A DNA stretch of 64,000 nucleotides, taken from assembly GCA_963726455.1 (NCBI GenBank), contig CAVSCK010000002.1, forward strand, positions 61,383 through 125,382. Reading direction: 5' to 3'. A program made the translations under genes and the position numbers. Every line of letters begins with the position of its first letter. The first letter of the stretch is position 1. This DNA is from an uncultured bacterium. Its GTDB lineage: Bacteria; Zixibacteria; MSB-5A5; CAIYYT01. Below, piece by piece: positions 27,881 through 37,721 of this stretch. Below the pieces are notes generated by a model. That model was not told where the DNA came from. It was given only the letters and a program-made list of their open reading frames with translations, and searched no databases.

Positions 27881-28894
27881 ATGAAATTGTCCAAGTACAT
27901 CCTGCTGGTTGCCGGTTTGGTGTTGCTCGTTGGCGGCGCCGTTGATGCCGGAGACTCGCAGTCCAAGGTAGGTACCGCCGGAGCTCAATTCCTGAAATTG
28001 GGCATGGGCGCCAGATATACGGCCATGGGCGACGCATCGGTCGCGGCTGTGAATGACGGTTATGCACTCTATTGGAATCCGGCCGCCATGGGCGCAACCA
28101 CAAAATCTTTTATCGAATTCACGAACGTCAGTTGGATAGACGGAGTCGGATTGAACTACGTCGCGTTTGTCAGGCCGACGCGGTTCGGAACGCTGGGCGC
28201 ATCGGCAACGATTCTAAGTTCCGGTAACATGGAAATTACGACAGTCGATCAACCCGACGGAACCGGCCGAATGTTTTCGGCATCCAGCTATGCGCTGGCT
28301 CTCGGCTATGCCCGCCAGATGACTGATTTCTTTTCCGTCGGCATGAATTTCAAGTATGTCGCCGAGCGAATCTCCGAAGAACGGGCCAGCGGAATTGCGT
28401 TCGATTTCGGAACCATGCTGACACCGGGATATCGCAATCTGCGGGTCGGCATGAATATTTCGAACCTGGGTCCGCAACTTAAGTTCTCCGGCTCGGAACT
28501 CAATTTCCGCTACAATCCGTCGGGGGACAATTCAAGTTTCGACAAGTCTGAAGGCGTGTTGTCGGTTGATCCGTATGACCTGCCGCTCATATTTCGCATC
28601 GGTGTGGCGTACGATCTTCAGTATTCCAAGAACACGCGATTGACTTTCGCGGCCGAAGCTCAGGATCCTTCCGACCAGGATCAGCAGGGTTCGATTGGAA
28701 CCGAAGTGGCATTCTTCGAGAGATTCTTTGTGAGGGGCGGTTACAAATTCAACTATGACGAAGAAGACTTCTCGTTCGGAGCCGGACTGAACCTCAAGGT
28801 CTGGTCGCAGACTGATGTGAACGTCAACTATGCCTGGGCCAATTTTGGACGCATGTCGTCGGTGCAGCGAATTTCCCTGGGATTTCGTTTCTAA
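27881..28894 (+). CDS. PorV/PorQ-family outer-membrane protein
   Basis: GAQFLKLGMGAR..AMG, YWNPAA, terminal RISLGFRF. Confidence 0.88.
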   Translation: MKLSKYILLVAGLVLLVGGAVDAGDSQSKVGTAGAQFLKLGMGARYTAMGDASVAAVNDGYALYWNPAAMGATTKSFIEFTNVSWIDGVGLNYVAFVRPTRFGTLGASATILSSGNMEITTVDQPDGTGRMFSASSYALALGYARQMTDFFSVGMNFKYVAERISEERASGIAFDFGTMLTPGYRNLRVGMNISNLGPQLKFSGSELNFRYNPSGDNSSFDKSEGVLSVDPYDLPLIFRIGVAYDLQYSKNTRLTFAAEAQDPSDQDQQGSIGTEVAFFERFFVRGGYKFNYDEEDFSFGAGLNLKVWSQTDVNVNYAWANFGRMSSVQRISLGFRF

Positions 28895-28927
28895 CGACAA
28901 ATCACCAAGTCTTCGAACAATACACAG

Positions 28928-28957
28928 CAGGGCGCGAATGTCGCGCCCTGTTTTTTT
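28928..28957 (+). terminator. intrinsic terminator
   Basis: CAGGGCGCGA-ATG-TCGCGCCCTG followed by T7. Confidence 0.85.
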
Positions 28958-28988
28958 GTCTGAGATCAGTTAGTTAAAGTACTGAAGT

Positions 28989-30458
28989 TTATGCTTCTTC
29001 AAGCAGGTAGCGAGCGACGTTAACGCGAACTTCCTGGGGTTCAACCACTCGAACGATGGAGCGACGGAAGTCGCCGGTGCGGGGATCACGTTCGGCCAGA
29101 TTAAGGTCAATGCCACGTTCATAAAACTTGCGCGTGTCGCCGATCACTTTCACCTTGGGCCGTAACAAATCAGTGTTGTTCTTGCCAACGACCAGCGCCA
29201 GCTCATCCTGATCCAGCAGCAGCAACGTTCCGGGAGGATACAGTGATACCGTGTTCAGGAACACTTTCAGCAAATGCGGGTCGAATTTGAATTCTGCCTG
29301 AAGGACCATACTGCGCAGTACCTGCTCGGGAGAAGCCGGAATCTTGCGGTAAACGCGCCCGGAGGTCATCGCATCAAAGACATCGCAAATGGTCACGATC
29401 TTGCTATAAAGATTCGGAACCCTTTGGCGCTTCAGCACAGGGTAGCCGGAACCGTTCAGGTTGTAATGATGCTGGGAGGTAACGATCATGGCGCGACAAC
29501 TGCGTTCTTCAAAGGGAAGAGTTTTGGCAAGTGTGAGCACTCCGTAGGTCGGGTGCATACGCATCATTTCCCAATCACTATCATCAAATTTGGTAGGTTT
29601 GTTGAGAACCTGCAGCGGCAGGCGGGTTTTGCCGATGTCGTGGAACAGCGCCGAAAAGCCGAGGGTCGACAGTTCGGTCTTGCTCAAATCCAGTTTTGCG
29701 CCTACGCAGATGGCATAGATGCAGACATTCGTGCTATGCAGAAATGTATACTGATCGTGAGTCTTGAGCGCGGTCAATTCCAGAAGATAGCTGTCATCGG
29801 CACTGATCTGGTCGACCAATGAATGAACGACGCGCTTGGTGCGTGCAAGATCGACAGGCCGATTGGCGGTCATGGTATTGGCGACCATTTTGAGATTGGT
29901 CATGGCGTAGAAAAACGTCTTTCTCGCAAACTGGCGCTTTTCCCGTTCCTTGTCCTTGTCGAGTTGATCCTCGTCAGTAAGCGGCAGCAGCTCAATCGTA
30001 GCGACACCCGCAAGATCGAAGCGGCGCTGAATTTCTTCGAAACTCATCTGCGTCTGGCGCTCAGCTTCATTGAGAAGCAACACGGCTTGTTCGAGTTCGG
30101 ACTTTGTGACTTCCGAGGTAGTCAGGAAGCCGGAGATTCCGACCGCGCTGAATAGTTCGCGTAAATGGTCGGGTGCGGACAAGCCGTCGGCGTCATAGCG
30201 AACTCTGACGCCGCAGAAGAAGAAGTAGCCGGTGTGCACTTGAATGCTGGCCTCGTTGAATTCGTCCAAACAGCTCCGAACGATGGCATAGCACTGTTCA
30301 AGTTGAGTCTTGAAGGTGTCGTTGTCTGGGAAGTGAACGCGAGCCGTCTTCAGGAAGATACTCAACTGATTGACCAGCGCTTTGCCGCGCTGCGAATAGG
30401 CCGCTTCCTCGGAGGCTGTCATTTGCCGCGAGGTGAGACTGTCATTCTGACTCGCCAT
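28989..30458 (-). CDS. HD-GYP domain protein (putative cyclic dinucleotide phosphodiesterase)
   Basis: HDQYTFLHSTNV, FHDIGK, HHYNLNGSGYP, CDVFDAMTSGRVYR, FDP. Confidence 0.9.
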   Translation of the reverse strand: MASQNDSLTSRQMTASEEAAYSQRGKALVNQLSIFLKTARVHFPDNDTFKTQLEQCYAIVRSCLDEFNEASIQVHTGYFFFCGVRVRYDADGLSAPDHLRELFSAVGISGFLTTSEVTKSELEQAVLLLNEAERQTQMSFEEIQRRFDLAGVATIELLPLTDEDQLDKDKEREKRQFARKTFFYAMTNLKMVANTMTANRPVDLARTKRVVHSLVDQISADDSYLLELTALKTHDQYTFLHSTNVCIYAICVGAKLDLSKTELSTLGFSALFHDIGKTRLPLQVLNKPTKFDDSDWEMMRMHPTYGVLTLAKTLPFEERSCRAMIVTSQHHYNLNGSGYPVLKRQRVPNLYSKIVTICDVFDAMTSGRVYRKIPASPEQVLRSMVLQAEFKFDPHLLKVFLNTVSLYPPGTLLLLDQDELALVVGKNNTDLLRPKVKVIGDTRKFYERGIDLNLAERDPRTGDFRRSIVRVVEPQEVRVNVARYLLEEA

Positions 30459-32166
30459 CAGTGCCGCCTTTCCGCCATCTTTCTCTCAGAGCCAGGATTT
30501 TGCTCGCAATTGAGCTATATCGCGATCTGGTATTCTCAGCGAGTTCTGCCAGAAGTTCATCCGCCTCCGTAGTTGGCGAACGTTTAAGCGCGTTTAGAGC
30601 TGTATCCTGCAACATGCGAATCGGGCCGCGATTAAAGAGCCGGTTGCGGCTGAGAATGTCTCTGACCATAAGGACTGCTCTCGGTCCACCTGCTACAACC
30701 ATTGCTTCGACAATCTTGCGCATCTCTTCGGGAGGAGCATCCAGGAATTCGCGAGTGTTGATGATTTTCGATAGTCCTTCATAGGCATCGTCCGAACGGC
30801 TGCCGCCGAGGGCATCGGCCGCAGCGATGCGAATCTGTTGCGAGTCATCCTCCAACAGCGCCAGCAGAAGCTCAGTCTTCCCGGGATCGGTTATCTTGGC
30901 GAGCGCCTTGACGACTTCCCCTCTGATGCGAACATCGGAGTGGGCGGCTACGCGCCGCAGAAAGCTGAGTGCCCGCGGATGTCCGGTTTCACCCAATACC
31001 CAGACCACGTTACGGACCAGGTACCAGCGGCTGTCAAATACAGCGCTGCCCAACAGGTCGATTCTATCCAAACCTTTCTCGGCAAGTAAATCACAAACCA
31101 TCTTCCGTGCCGGGAAGAATGTCAATTCTCCCAACATCCAGAGGAGATTGTTGAATGATTCCCAACCCAGACTTTCCAGATACTGGCGGGCCGGCTCAAG
31201 ATCCTGGTCTTCATGTTGATTGAGTGCTTCGGTGATCATTTTGATGCGCAAGCTGTCGCCGCATCGAGAGACAAATTCGCCCAGTCGTTTTCCCGAACCT
31301 GATTCTTCCCGTGGTCCCGTCTTGATCAGTTCCTTGACCTGGTTCAGAATGTGATTCATGGTGGTGAAGTTAGCCTCTTGAATCGTCTTGTCGAAGATCG
31401 ACTGTAACGCATCGTAGGTCATCGCCAGGTCCTGTGGCGACGTAGTCGACTCACAGAGAAGCAGGAGAAGTTCAATTGCTTGTTCCTTGATATTCAATTT
31501 GCGATCGTCATCCACCATCTTGCGCAGGGCGACCAGTTCATCCCGCGAGAAACTGGCCACGTCAGAGTAACGATCGATCAGCATGTCGGACAATGTAGGA
31601 AGCTGCTCCTGGATGTCGGGAGGTAACACCTCAACGGTCTGAGGCACTGTTCGCGTCGAGTCAAATTCTTCGCGCAGTTCATGGACCTCTGCCACTTCGA
31701 AAACATCAACAACATCGTAGGTGATGTGTTCGAAGCCGGCCTGCCAGAACAGGTTCACGATGTCTTCGGCGTTTTCGTCACGGCCCGAACAGGCGACCAA
31801 CGCTCCAAAGAATGCCGACGCTTCCTCCTCCGTTACGAAGGGAGTGATTTCCAGAAAGCGAATGCCGTCGCGGTGCAGCAACTGGGCAATGTTGTCCGAT
31901 GCAACCGCGCCTTTGAGCACAACCTCTTCCTCAACGAGAAGTGAATCCTGAGTGACCGTGACCCCCAGAGCTTCACCGCCCTCGAAGACGTTCTTAAGTT
32001 TCTCGAAAAATTGTGACCTGAATTGGGTGGCAATGGGATGCTCAGGAGGATATTGCCGGGATGCTTTAATCCCCTTGGTCAGACTCTGGAACAAATCCTT
32101 GAGAGCAGCCTGCTCTCCCGGACTGTACCCCACGCCGTTATGTTGAGTGACTAATCGTTCTACCAT
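30442..32166 (-). CDS. HEAT-repeat protein
   Basis: DSRWYLVRNVVWVLG, HSDVRIRGEVVKAL, DDSQQIRIAAADALG; start uncertain (32166 or 32199). Confidence 0.88.
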   Translation of the reverse strand: MVERLVTQHNGVGYSPGEQAALKDLFQSLTKGIKASRQYPPEHPIATQFRSQFFEKLKNVFEGGEALGVTVTQDSLLVEEEVVLKGAVASDNIAQLLHRDGIRFLEITPFVTEEEASAFFGALVACSGRDENAEDIVNLFWQAGFEHITYDVVDVFEVAEVHELREEFDSTRTVPQTVEVLPPDIQEQLPTLSDMLIDRYSDVASFSRDELVALRKMVDDDRKLNIKEQAIELLLLLCESTTSPQDLAMTYDALQSIFDKTIQEANFTTMNHILNQVKELIKTGPREESGSGKRLGEFVSRCGDSLRIKMITEALNQHEDQDLEPARQYLESLGWESFNNLLWMLGELTFFPARKMVCDLLAEKGLDRIDLLGSAVFDSRWYLVRNVVWVLGETGHPRALSFLRRVAAHSDVRIRGEVVKALAKITDPGKTELLLALLEDDSQQIRIAAADALGGSRSDDAYEGLSKIINTREFLDAPPEEMRKIVEAMVVAGGPRAVLMVRDILSRNRLFNRGPIRMLQDTALNALKRSPTTEADELLAELAENTRSRYSSIASKILALRERWRKGGTDGESE

Positions 32167-32282
32167 GTTAGCTAATATGCCTATTCTATTGATCGTCAAC
32201 TAGATAGGAAGACTTTAGGATGCGTCGAAAATCTTGACAGATGTCGTCGTAATTGTTGAAAGCGCGATATCTGCAGGCTGAG

Positions 32283-33194
32283 TTACTTCTTCAGAACGGC
32301 GGCAAGCCGGCCGTCGGCGCTGGCAAGTAAATGTTTCGCTTTGGAATAGTCCACTGCAAGCAATTGCATAGCGATGGCAGTCTTGACCTCACCGCGTGAA
32401 TTGGTGAGCAACTTTGTGGCTTGTCGGTAGGAGATTCCGGTAGTCTCCACTAGAATTCTTTTCGAACGCTCGGCAAGTTTCGCTGATGTCGCCCGCAAAT
32501 CGACCATAAGATTGCCGTAGCACTTGCCCATCTGCACCATCGATGCGGTAGTTATCATATTCAAAATAAGTCTGCAGGCAGTGCCCGCCTTCATCCGTGT
32601 TGAACCGGTCAATACCTCCGGCCCGACAACTGGGTTAATCACGAGGTCAATATATCGCGGAACGGTTGGGATATTATTGCAGGCCAGAAAGATGGTTGCC
32701 GCTCGACATTCTTTCGCGCGTTTGAGAACAGCGAGCGGATAAGGTGTTCTGCCGGATGCAGCTATGCCGATCACGGTATCTCTCGAATTCGGTTTCAATT
32801 TGTCGAGATCGCGCTTGCCGGCGGATACGTCATCTTCTACGCCCTCCCGTGATCTCACCAGAGTTCGTCGTCCACCGGCGATGACGGCCTGAACCATGCG
32901 CGGGGAAACTCCGAATGTCGGCGGGCACTCGGCAGCATCGAGCACGCCCAGCCGCCCGGACGTTCCAGCACCGGCATAGATCAGTCGGCCACCTGTGCGA
33001 AATGAATTTGTCACGAGTTCCACGGAACGGGCAATTTGTGGAATCACACTAGCGACGGCGGCAGGTACTCGGCTGTCCTCGGAATTTATCAGCTTGAGAG
33101 CTTCGACAACTTGCAGGCGGTCCAGCCGGGCCGAACGCGGATTGCGCGTTTCCGTGGTCAGCGTCTTGAGATGTTCGTAGAGCCTTCTGCTCAT
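32283..33194 (-). CDS. murQ: N-acetylmuramic acid 6-phosphate etherase
   Basis: TETRNP, GAGTSGRLGVLDAAECPPTF, GPEVLTGSTRMKAGTA, GNLMVD. Confidence 0.97.
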   Translation of the reverse strand: MSRRLYEHLKTLTTETRNPRSARLDRLQVVEALKLINSEDSRVPAAVASVIPQIARSVELVTNSFRTGGRLIYAGAGTSGRLGVLDAAECPPTFGVSPRMVQAVIAGGRRTLVRSREGVEDDVSAGKRDLDKLKPNSRDTVIGIAASGRTPYPLAVLKRAKECRAATIFLACNNIPTVPRYIDLVINPVVGPEVLTGSTRMKAGTACRLILNMITTASMVQMGKCYGNLMVDLRATSAKLAERSKRILVETTGISYRQATKLLTNSRGEVKTAIAMQLLAVDYSKAKHLLASADGRLAAVLKK

Positions 33195-34021
33195 CAGGGC
33201 GTCGCAACTGCGGTCAGCAAAATCATGCTCGAGATAGACAGCGCGCCAATTTGTCCGGTGACTCCGGTACGATTGACGTTGCGCGCAAATCCTGTCGGCA
33301 GGGTAAATGGCAATACGCTGTTGTCGATCGGTTCGTCATGATAGGCGGCGATCCAAACATCATAATCGCCGGCCTGGAACTGCCCCTGGGTATCGCGGAA
33401 TTTCTCGCGTGGAATAAGTGTCGAGAGATACGGCGGATCAGAAATGTAGTCAGCCCCGACAAGAATCTTGCTATAGCCGATCGCGTGATTGTTGCTACTA
33501 ACTGGAGTGACAACAATTAGGTACCCATCGGCGAACGCGGCGGGATTCCACCGAATCTGGACATTGTCTGTAGTCGAGCGAACTACGCCACCTGTCAAAC
33601 CGATGACTGTCGCGGAAAAAGTATCGGGCACCGAAGTCTGAAAACTGAATTGGAACTCATCGACCAGCGATCTGACCTTGAGCATCGAGGTGTCTCGCAA
33701 CGCGCTGGGGGAAAACGACTGGCGGAAGGTGCCGTCTCCGACGCCGCCAAGCGAAATAGACGGCGCACTGTCGGCAGTGGGCGCTTCGATCGTCACAAGC
33801 GCTGCGGTCAACGCCTGGTTATTGCGAACGAGCGACGCAAAACCGCTGGCCTGGGACACATTAGCGTCACGCACGATCAATCCGTCGATTACCCAGTTAT
33901 TGGTGACGGTTCCTTTTGTGCCGGTATCGCCGCACGAAACCAGCGTGAACATCGTTACCAGTAACAAAACTATTGCCGGTAGCGCATGATCACGCATCAG
34001 GTGTTGGCATATCTTCTTCAT
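33194..34021 (-). CDS. lipoprotein of unknown function
   Basis: Hydrophobic segment then lipobox LVSC; stop codon overlaps the murQ start. Confidence 0.75.
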   Translation of the reverse strand: MKKICQHLMRDHALPAIVLLLVTMFTLVSCGDTGTKGTVTNNWVIDGLIVRDANVSQASGFASLVRNNQALTAALVTIEAPTADSAPSISLGGVGDGTFRQSFSPSALRDTSMLKVRSLVDEFQFSFQTSVPDTFSATVIGLTGGVVRSTTDNVQIRWNPAAFADGYLIVVTPVSSNNHAIGYSKILVGADYISDPPYLSTLIPREKFRDTQGQFQAGDYDVWIAAYHDEPIDNSVLPFTLPTGFARNVNRTGVTGQIGALSISSMILLTAVATP

Positions 34022-34130
34022 ACGAATCCCTCTATTTGTTATTGTCAAATATGTCGCATACTGACGGGGTATTCACGTTCCCCAATTATATATCGCCATC
34101 GAAGACGTTTAGTTCAACATAAAACCATGG

Positions 34131-34784
34131 CTAGGGCACTTTGACGCCATCGATGATCGCGCTGTCGAGATATCGCATGTCGGCAGGATCGTCAAGTTGA
34201 ACAAGGCCGATACCGCGCGCATAATATTCGTTGTATACATCGGTTGATGTGTCGGGAGCCCCGGTATGATAGTAGACCGATGTCTTGATTTCGTAATGCA
34301 GTTGTATGCAGCTATCGGTCATTGCGTCGGCGACACTCTTGCTGAGGTAACCTTTGAATGTGACAGTGCCCTTGAATCGCGCCGAGTCTACCGAACTGGT
34401 ATAGCCGGGAACGATTCTTCCCAGAGCGGACGTTTGATACGGTTTGTCCTTTTCCAGATCGAGAGGGATTTGCAGCGGAGGATCAAACCAGAGGAATCCC
34501 CCCAAAAGATGCTGGGCGAACCGGGCCGAGGTGAGAGTCCAGGCCTCTTCCGTTTGACCGTTTTGGAGCAGGCGGTTACATAGCGTTCCGGAGATTGTCG
34601 TGTCACCGGTCAAAATTCGGGCATACTGACCATTGTTGTAAAACCACTGATTTCCGTTTCGGACAGGGAAGTAGCGTTCACCGTCCTTGATAACGACGGG
34701 TTGAGGGTTGGTTCCTTTCTTGCTACAGGCCCCGACAACTGCGATAACCGTAAGTGCAATCAATATGAAGCCAAAATGCCGCAA
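34131..34784 (-). CDS. lipoprotein of unknown function
   Basis: TTG start after GGAGGA; lipobox VGAC; YFP..GNQW.Y and EYYARGIGLV motifs. Confidence 0.8.
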   Translation of the reverse strand: MRHFGFILIALTVIAVVGACSKKGTNPQPVVIKDGERYFPVRNGNQWFYNNGQYARILTGDTTISGTLCNRLLQNGQTEEAWTLTSARFAQHLLGGFLWFDPPLQIPLDLEKDKPYQTSALGRIVPGYTSSVDSARFKGTVTFKGYLSKSVADAMTDSCIQLHYEIKTSVYYHTGAPDTSTDVYNEYYARGIGLVQLDDPADMRYLDSAIIDGVKVP

Positions 34785-34990
34785 AATTCCTCCGGAGAAT
34801 CAGGTTAGATTATCACGGTCCTTGACCGCCAAACGGGTCAAGTGCCAATATACATTACACGTACGAGCGCCGAAATCGTTTACACTTCAAATATCGGCGT
34901 GGGTTGCTCGTAAACTTTATGTGGCTCCAAACAATGCGCAAACATTGAGTTGCGGTATGGGCAAATTCGGGTATATTCAATATATATAAT

Positions 34991-36181
34991 ATGGAAAGCC
35001 CTTTAACCCAGAAGATACTCTCTTCCGCCCAAAAGGTCTCGGGCGCAGCGGTTACCCTGAGGCGTAAACTGCATGCCGTTCCGGAAACCGCCTGGCAGGA
35101 GCACAAAACCTCAGAAATCCTGAAGGATTTCCTAGCCGAGCGCGGAATTTCGTTTAAGCCAATGTTAGACACTGGGATAGTAGCGGAAATCGGCTCTGGC
35201 AAGGGGAAGTGCGCGGCGATTCGCTCCGATATCGACGCGCTACCTATAAATGAGGAGACTGATTATCCGTTCAAGTCGACCTTTCCGGGTCGGATGCATG
35301 CTTGCGGGCACGATATTCACATGGCGACGGTTTCGGCGGCTGCGGTCATGATTAGCCAACTGTCGGAGCAGTTTAGTGGCACGGTAAAGGTGCTGTTTCA
35401 GCCCGCAGAAGAAGAGCCCCCCGGCGGCGCGCTGAAAATGGTCAAGGCGGGCGCCCTGGAATGTCCAAAAGTAGACATGATTCTTGGGTTACATGCTTGG
35501 CCAACGATCAAGACCGGTCAGATTGGGATCAAGGATGGTCCTTTGTGTGCCGGAGTTCTCGATTTTGACGTGGAGATTATTGGCAAAGGCGGTCATGGTG
35601 CGTATCCCAGTGACACCATCGATCCGATCGTTTGCGCCTCACAGATGGTGATGAGTCTACAGACGATCGTTTCCCGGAGCGTGAATCCCTTTGAACCGGC
35701 AGTGGTGACGATTGGTAAAATTGATGGCGGTACCGCGCGTAATATCATTCCACCGCGCTGCCGACTTCACGGCACCGCTCGCGCGCAGACCGACAAGTTG
35801 CTGAAGCAATTGAAGCACGGGATCGAGACCATTGTGTACAACACTGCCAAGAGTTGTGGCGCCAAGGCCGAGATGAAGTACATGGAAGGTTATCCTCCAC
35901 TGGCGAATGTTCCTGCGGCCAACGTCTATCTCAAACAGGCGGTTCATGATCTTTACGGTAAGAAAGCTGTCGTTTCACTACCTTATCCTTCGATGGGGGG
36001 AGAGGATTTCGCATACTACCTGCAACACGCACCCGGCGCCATGTTCCTCTTGGGAGTCGGGAATCCGCAGATTGGTGCGGTGTACGGGTTGCATCATCCG
36101 AAATTCAAAGCCGACGAAGCTGCCATCATTGTTGGCGCCGGCGTTCTCACTAAATCCGTAATAGATTTTCTAAATGCGTAG
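34991..36181 (+). CDS. M20D family amidohydrolase
   Basis: LHAVPE, RSDIDALP, MHACGHD, FQPAEE, GGHGA, MGGEDF, HHPKF. Confidence 0.95.
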   Translation: MESPLTQKILSSAQKVSGAAVTLRRKLHAVPETAWQEHKTSEILKDFLAERGISFKPMLDTGIVAEIGSGKGKCAAIRSDIDALPINEETDYPFKSTFPGRMHACGHDIHMATVSAAAVMISQLSEQFSGTVKVLFQPAEEEPPGGALKMVKAGALECPKVDMILGLHAWPTIKTGQIGIKDGPLCAGVLDFDVEIIGKGGHGAYPSDTIDPIVCASQMVMSLQTIVSRSVNPFEPAVVTIGKIDGGTARNIIPPRCRLHGTARAQTDKLLKQLKHGIETIVYNTAKSCGAKAEMKYMEGYPPLANVPAANVYLKQAVHDLYGKKAVVSLPYPSMGGEDFAYYLQHAPGAMFLLGVGNPQIGAVYGLHHPKFKADEAAIIVGAGVLTKSVIDFLNA

Positions 36182-37661
36182 ACTGTTACTGTTCTTCGCC
36201 ATCATGCTGCTTGCGGGATCGTCCGCGTTTGCGCAGCGCATCTACAATTGGTACAGCCCCGGCGATTGGGTGACCTACACTGATACGCGTTACGTGACAT
36301 CGATCGCGCGAGGGTTCAACACCGTCTATTTTGGCACGTCCGGTGGAATTCTGCGCTACGACATGCAGGCGGAGAAATGGCTGGATCCGATAACCGTATC
36401 TGACGGATTGCCCGACAACCGCATCCGACGTCTGGCTGTCGATCGACTGACAGACGAGATTTGGGTGGATACTCCTCATGGTGGAAGCTATTACAGCCCT
36501 ACCTCGCAGGATTGGAGCGATAACCTGGACTTCCCGATGGACAAAGTTCAATCGTCCGGTGTGTCACTCGGCGATCTTCCGAATCTGTTTCCATCAAACA
36601 ACTATCAGTACTTGCCGGGCGGTACGCTGGTCGATCGCAACATGATTCAGTATCCGATTACTCAGATGTTGCGGGATGAAGATGACGTTGTTTGGATGGG
36701 TCTTTGGGGTCTTGGGCCGGCCGAGGCCGATCTGCGCCGCGACGACTTGAAGATCATGTGTTTCGGTCCGTACGACGCAGACATCGCTTATCTCGACAAG
36801 GACGGCGAGAATTTCTGGCTCTTGGGGGGCAGCGACGGACTCCCGGGTTCGATCACGCATTATGACCGCTCGTCCGATCAGTGGGAATATATTGAGCCTC
36901 AGAACGAATCCGGCGTTATCTCTGATCGTTTCACAGCGCTCGCCCATGACGACAAGAACGTTTGGATGGGAACGGACATGGGATTGGTCCGAATGGATAA
37001 ACGCACCGGATCGTTCAAATCATATTCGCACTTTGAGGGAATCTACGGCACTCAGGTTAATTCACTTCTGCCCATCAAGAACAACCTGCTGATCGGAACG
37101 GACATGGGTGTGAGTGTGTATGATCTGGTTCGCGATTCGATTTACCCCGCTGTTACGAACGCTATCCAGGGTCGGGCGGTCTATTGTTTCGCCATTCGAG
37201 GGCGAACCATCTATGCAGGCACCCAGTTTGGCTTATACTCTCTCGATTGGGGCACCAGTCAGTGGCAGCAACTCTCCGTAACATCGGGGGATCTGCGGGG
37301 AGGCGTCTATGACATGCAAGTTGTTGATTCGTTGCTCTATACCGCGGGCGATGACGGCCTGGTGATTCTGAATCTCGCCGACAGCAGTGAAGTTGTCTAC
37401 GATCGCAATACCAAGTTTGGCAACAGCATCCTTACGAAATTGCTGGTACATCAAGGTGTTCTCTGGGTCGGCACGAGCAGCGGCCTGTATCGTTTCAACA
37501 AGCGTATAGGTACCTGGTATCGCTACACTCAGAGTGACGGCCTGATTAGCCAACGTATCACGTCACTGGTCGGAGACGGCGATTTTGTCTGGATCGGCAC
37601 CGACAAGGGTGTCTCTCGTTTTCGCTGGAAGTCGTACAACCGCAGCGACTGGCTCCAATAA
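36174..37661 (+). CDS. exported beta-propeller protein (two-component regulator propeller-like repeats)
   Basis: Signal peptide; repeated W+GT..GL and DGL...I motifs. Confidence 0.85.
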   Translation: MRRLLLFFAIMLLAGSSAFAQRIYNWYSPGDWVTYTDTRYVTSIARGFNTVYFGTSGGILRYDMQAEKWLDPITVSDGLPDNRIRRLAVDRLTDEIWVDTPHGGSYYSPTSQDWSDNLDFPMDKVQSSGVSLGDLPNLFPSNNYQYLPGGTLVDRNMIQYPITQMLRDEDDVVWMGLWGLGPAEADLRRDDLKIMCFGPYDADIAYLDKDGENFWLLGGSDGLPGSITHYDRSSDQWEYIEPQNESGVISDRFTALAHDDKNVWMGTDMGLVRMDKRTGSFKSYSHFEGIYGTQVNSLLPIKNNLLIGTDMGVSVYDLVRDSIYPAVTNAIQGRAVYCFAIRGRTIYAGTQFGLYSLDWGTSQWQQLSVTSGDLRGGVYDMQVVDSLLYTAGDDGLVILNLADSSEVVYDRNTKFGNSILTKLLVHQGVLWVGTSSGLYRFNKRIGTWYRYTQSDGLISQRITSLVGDGDFVWIGTDKGVSRFRWKSYNRSDWLQ

Positions 37662-37721
37662 AAAAAGCAACTCTCGCCTCGTTCCGGAGGTATTTATAGC
37701 ATAGTTTGTCATTGTCAATGA

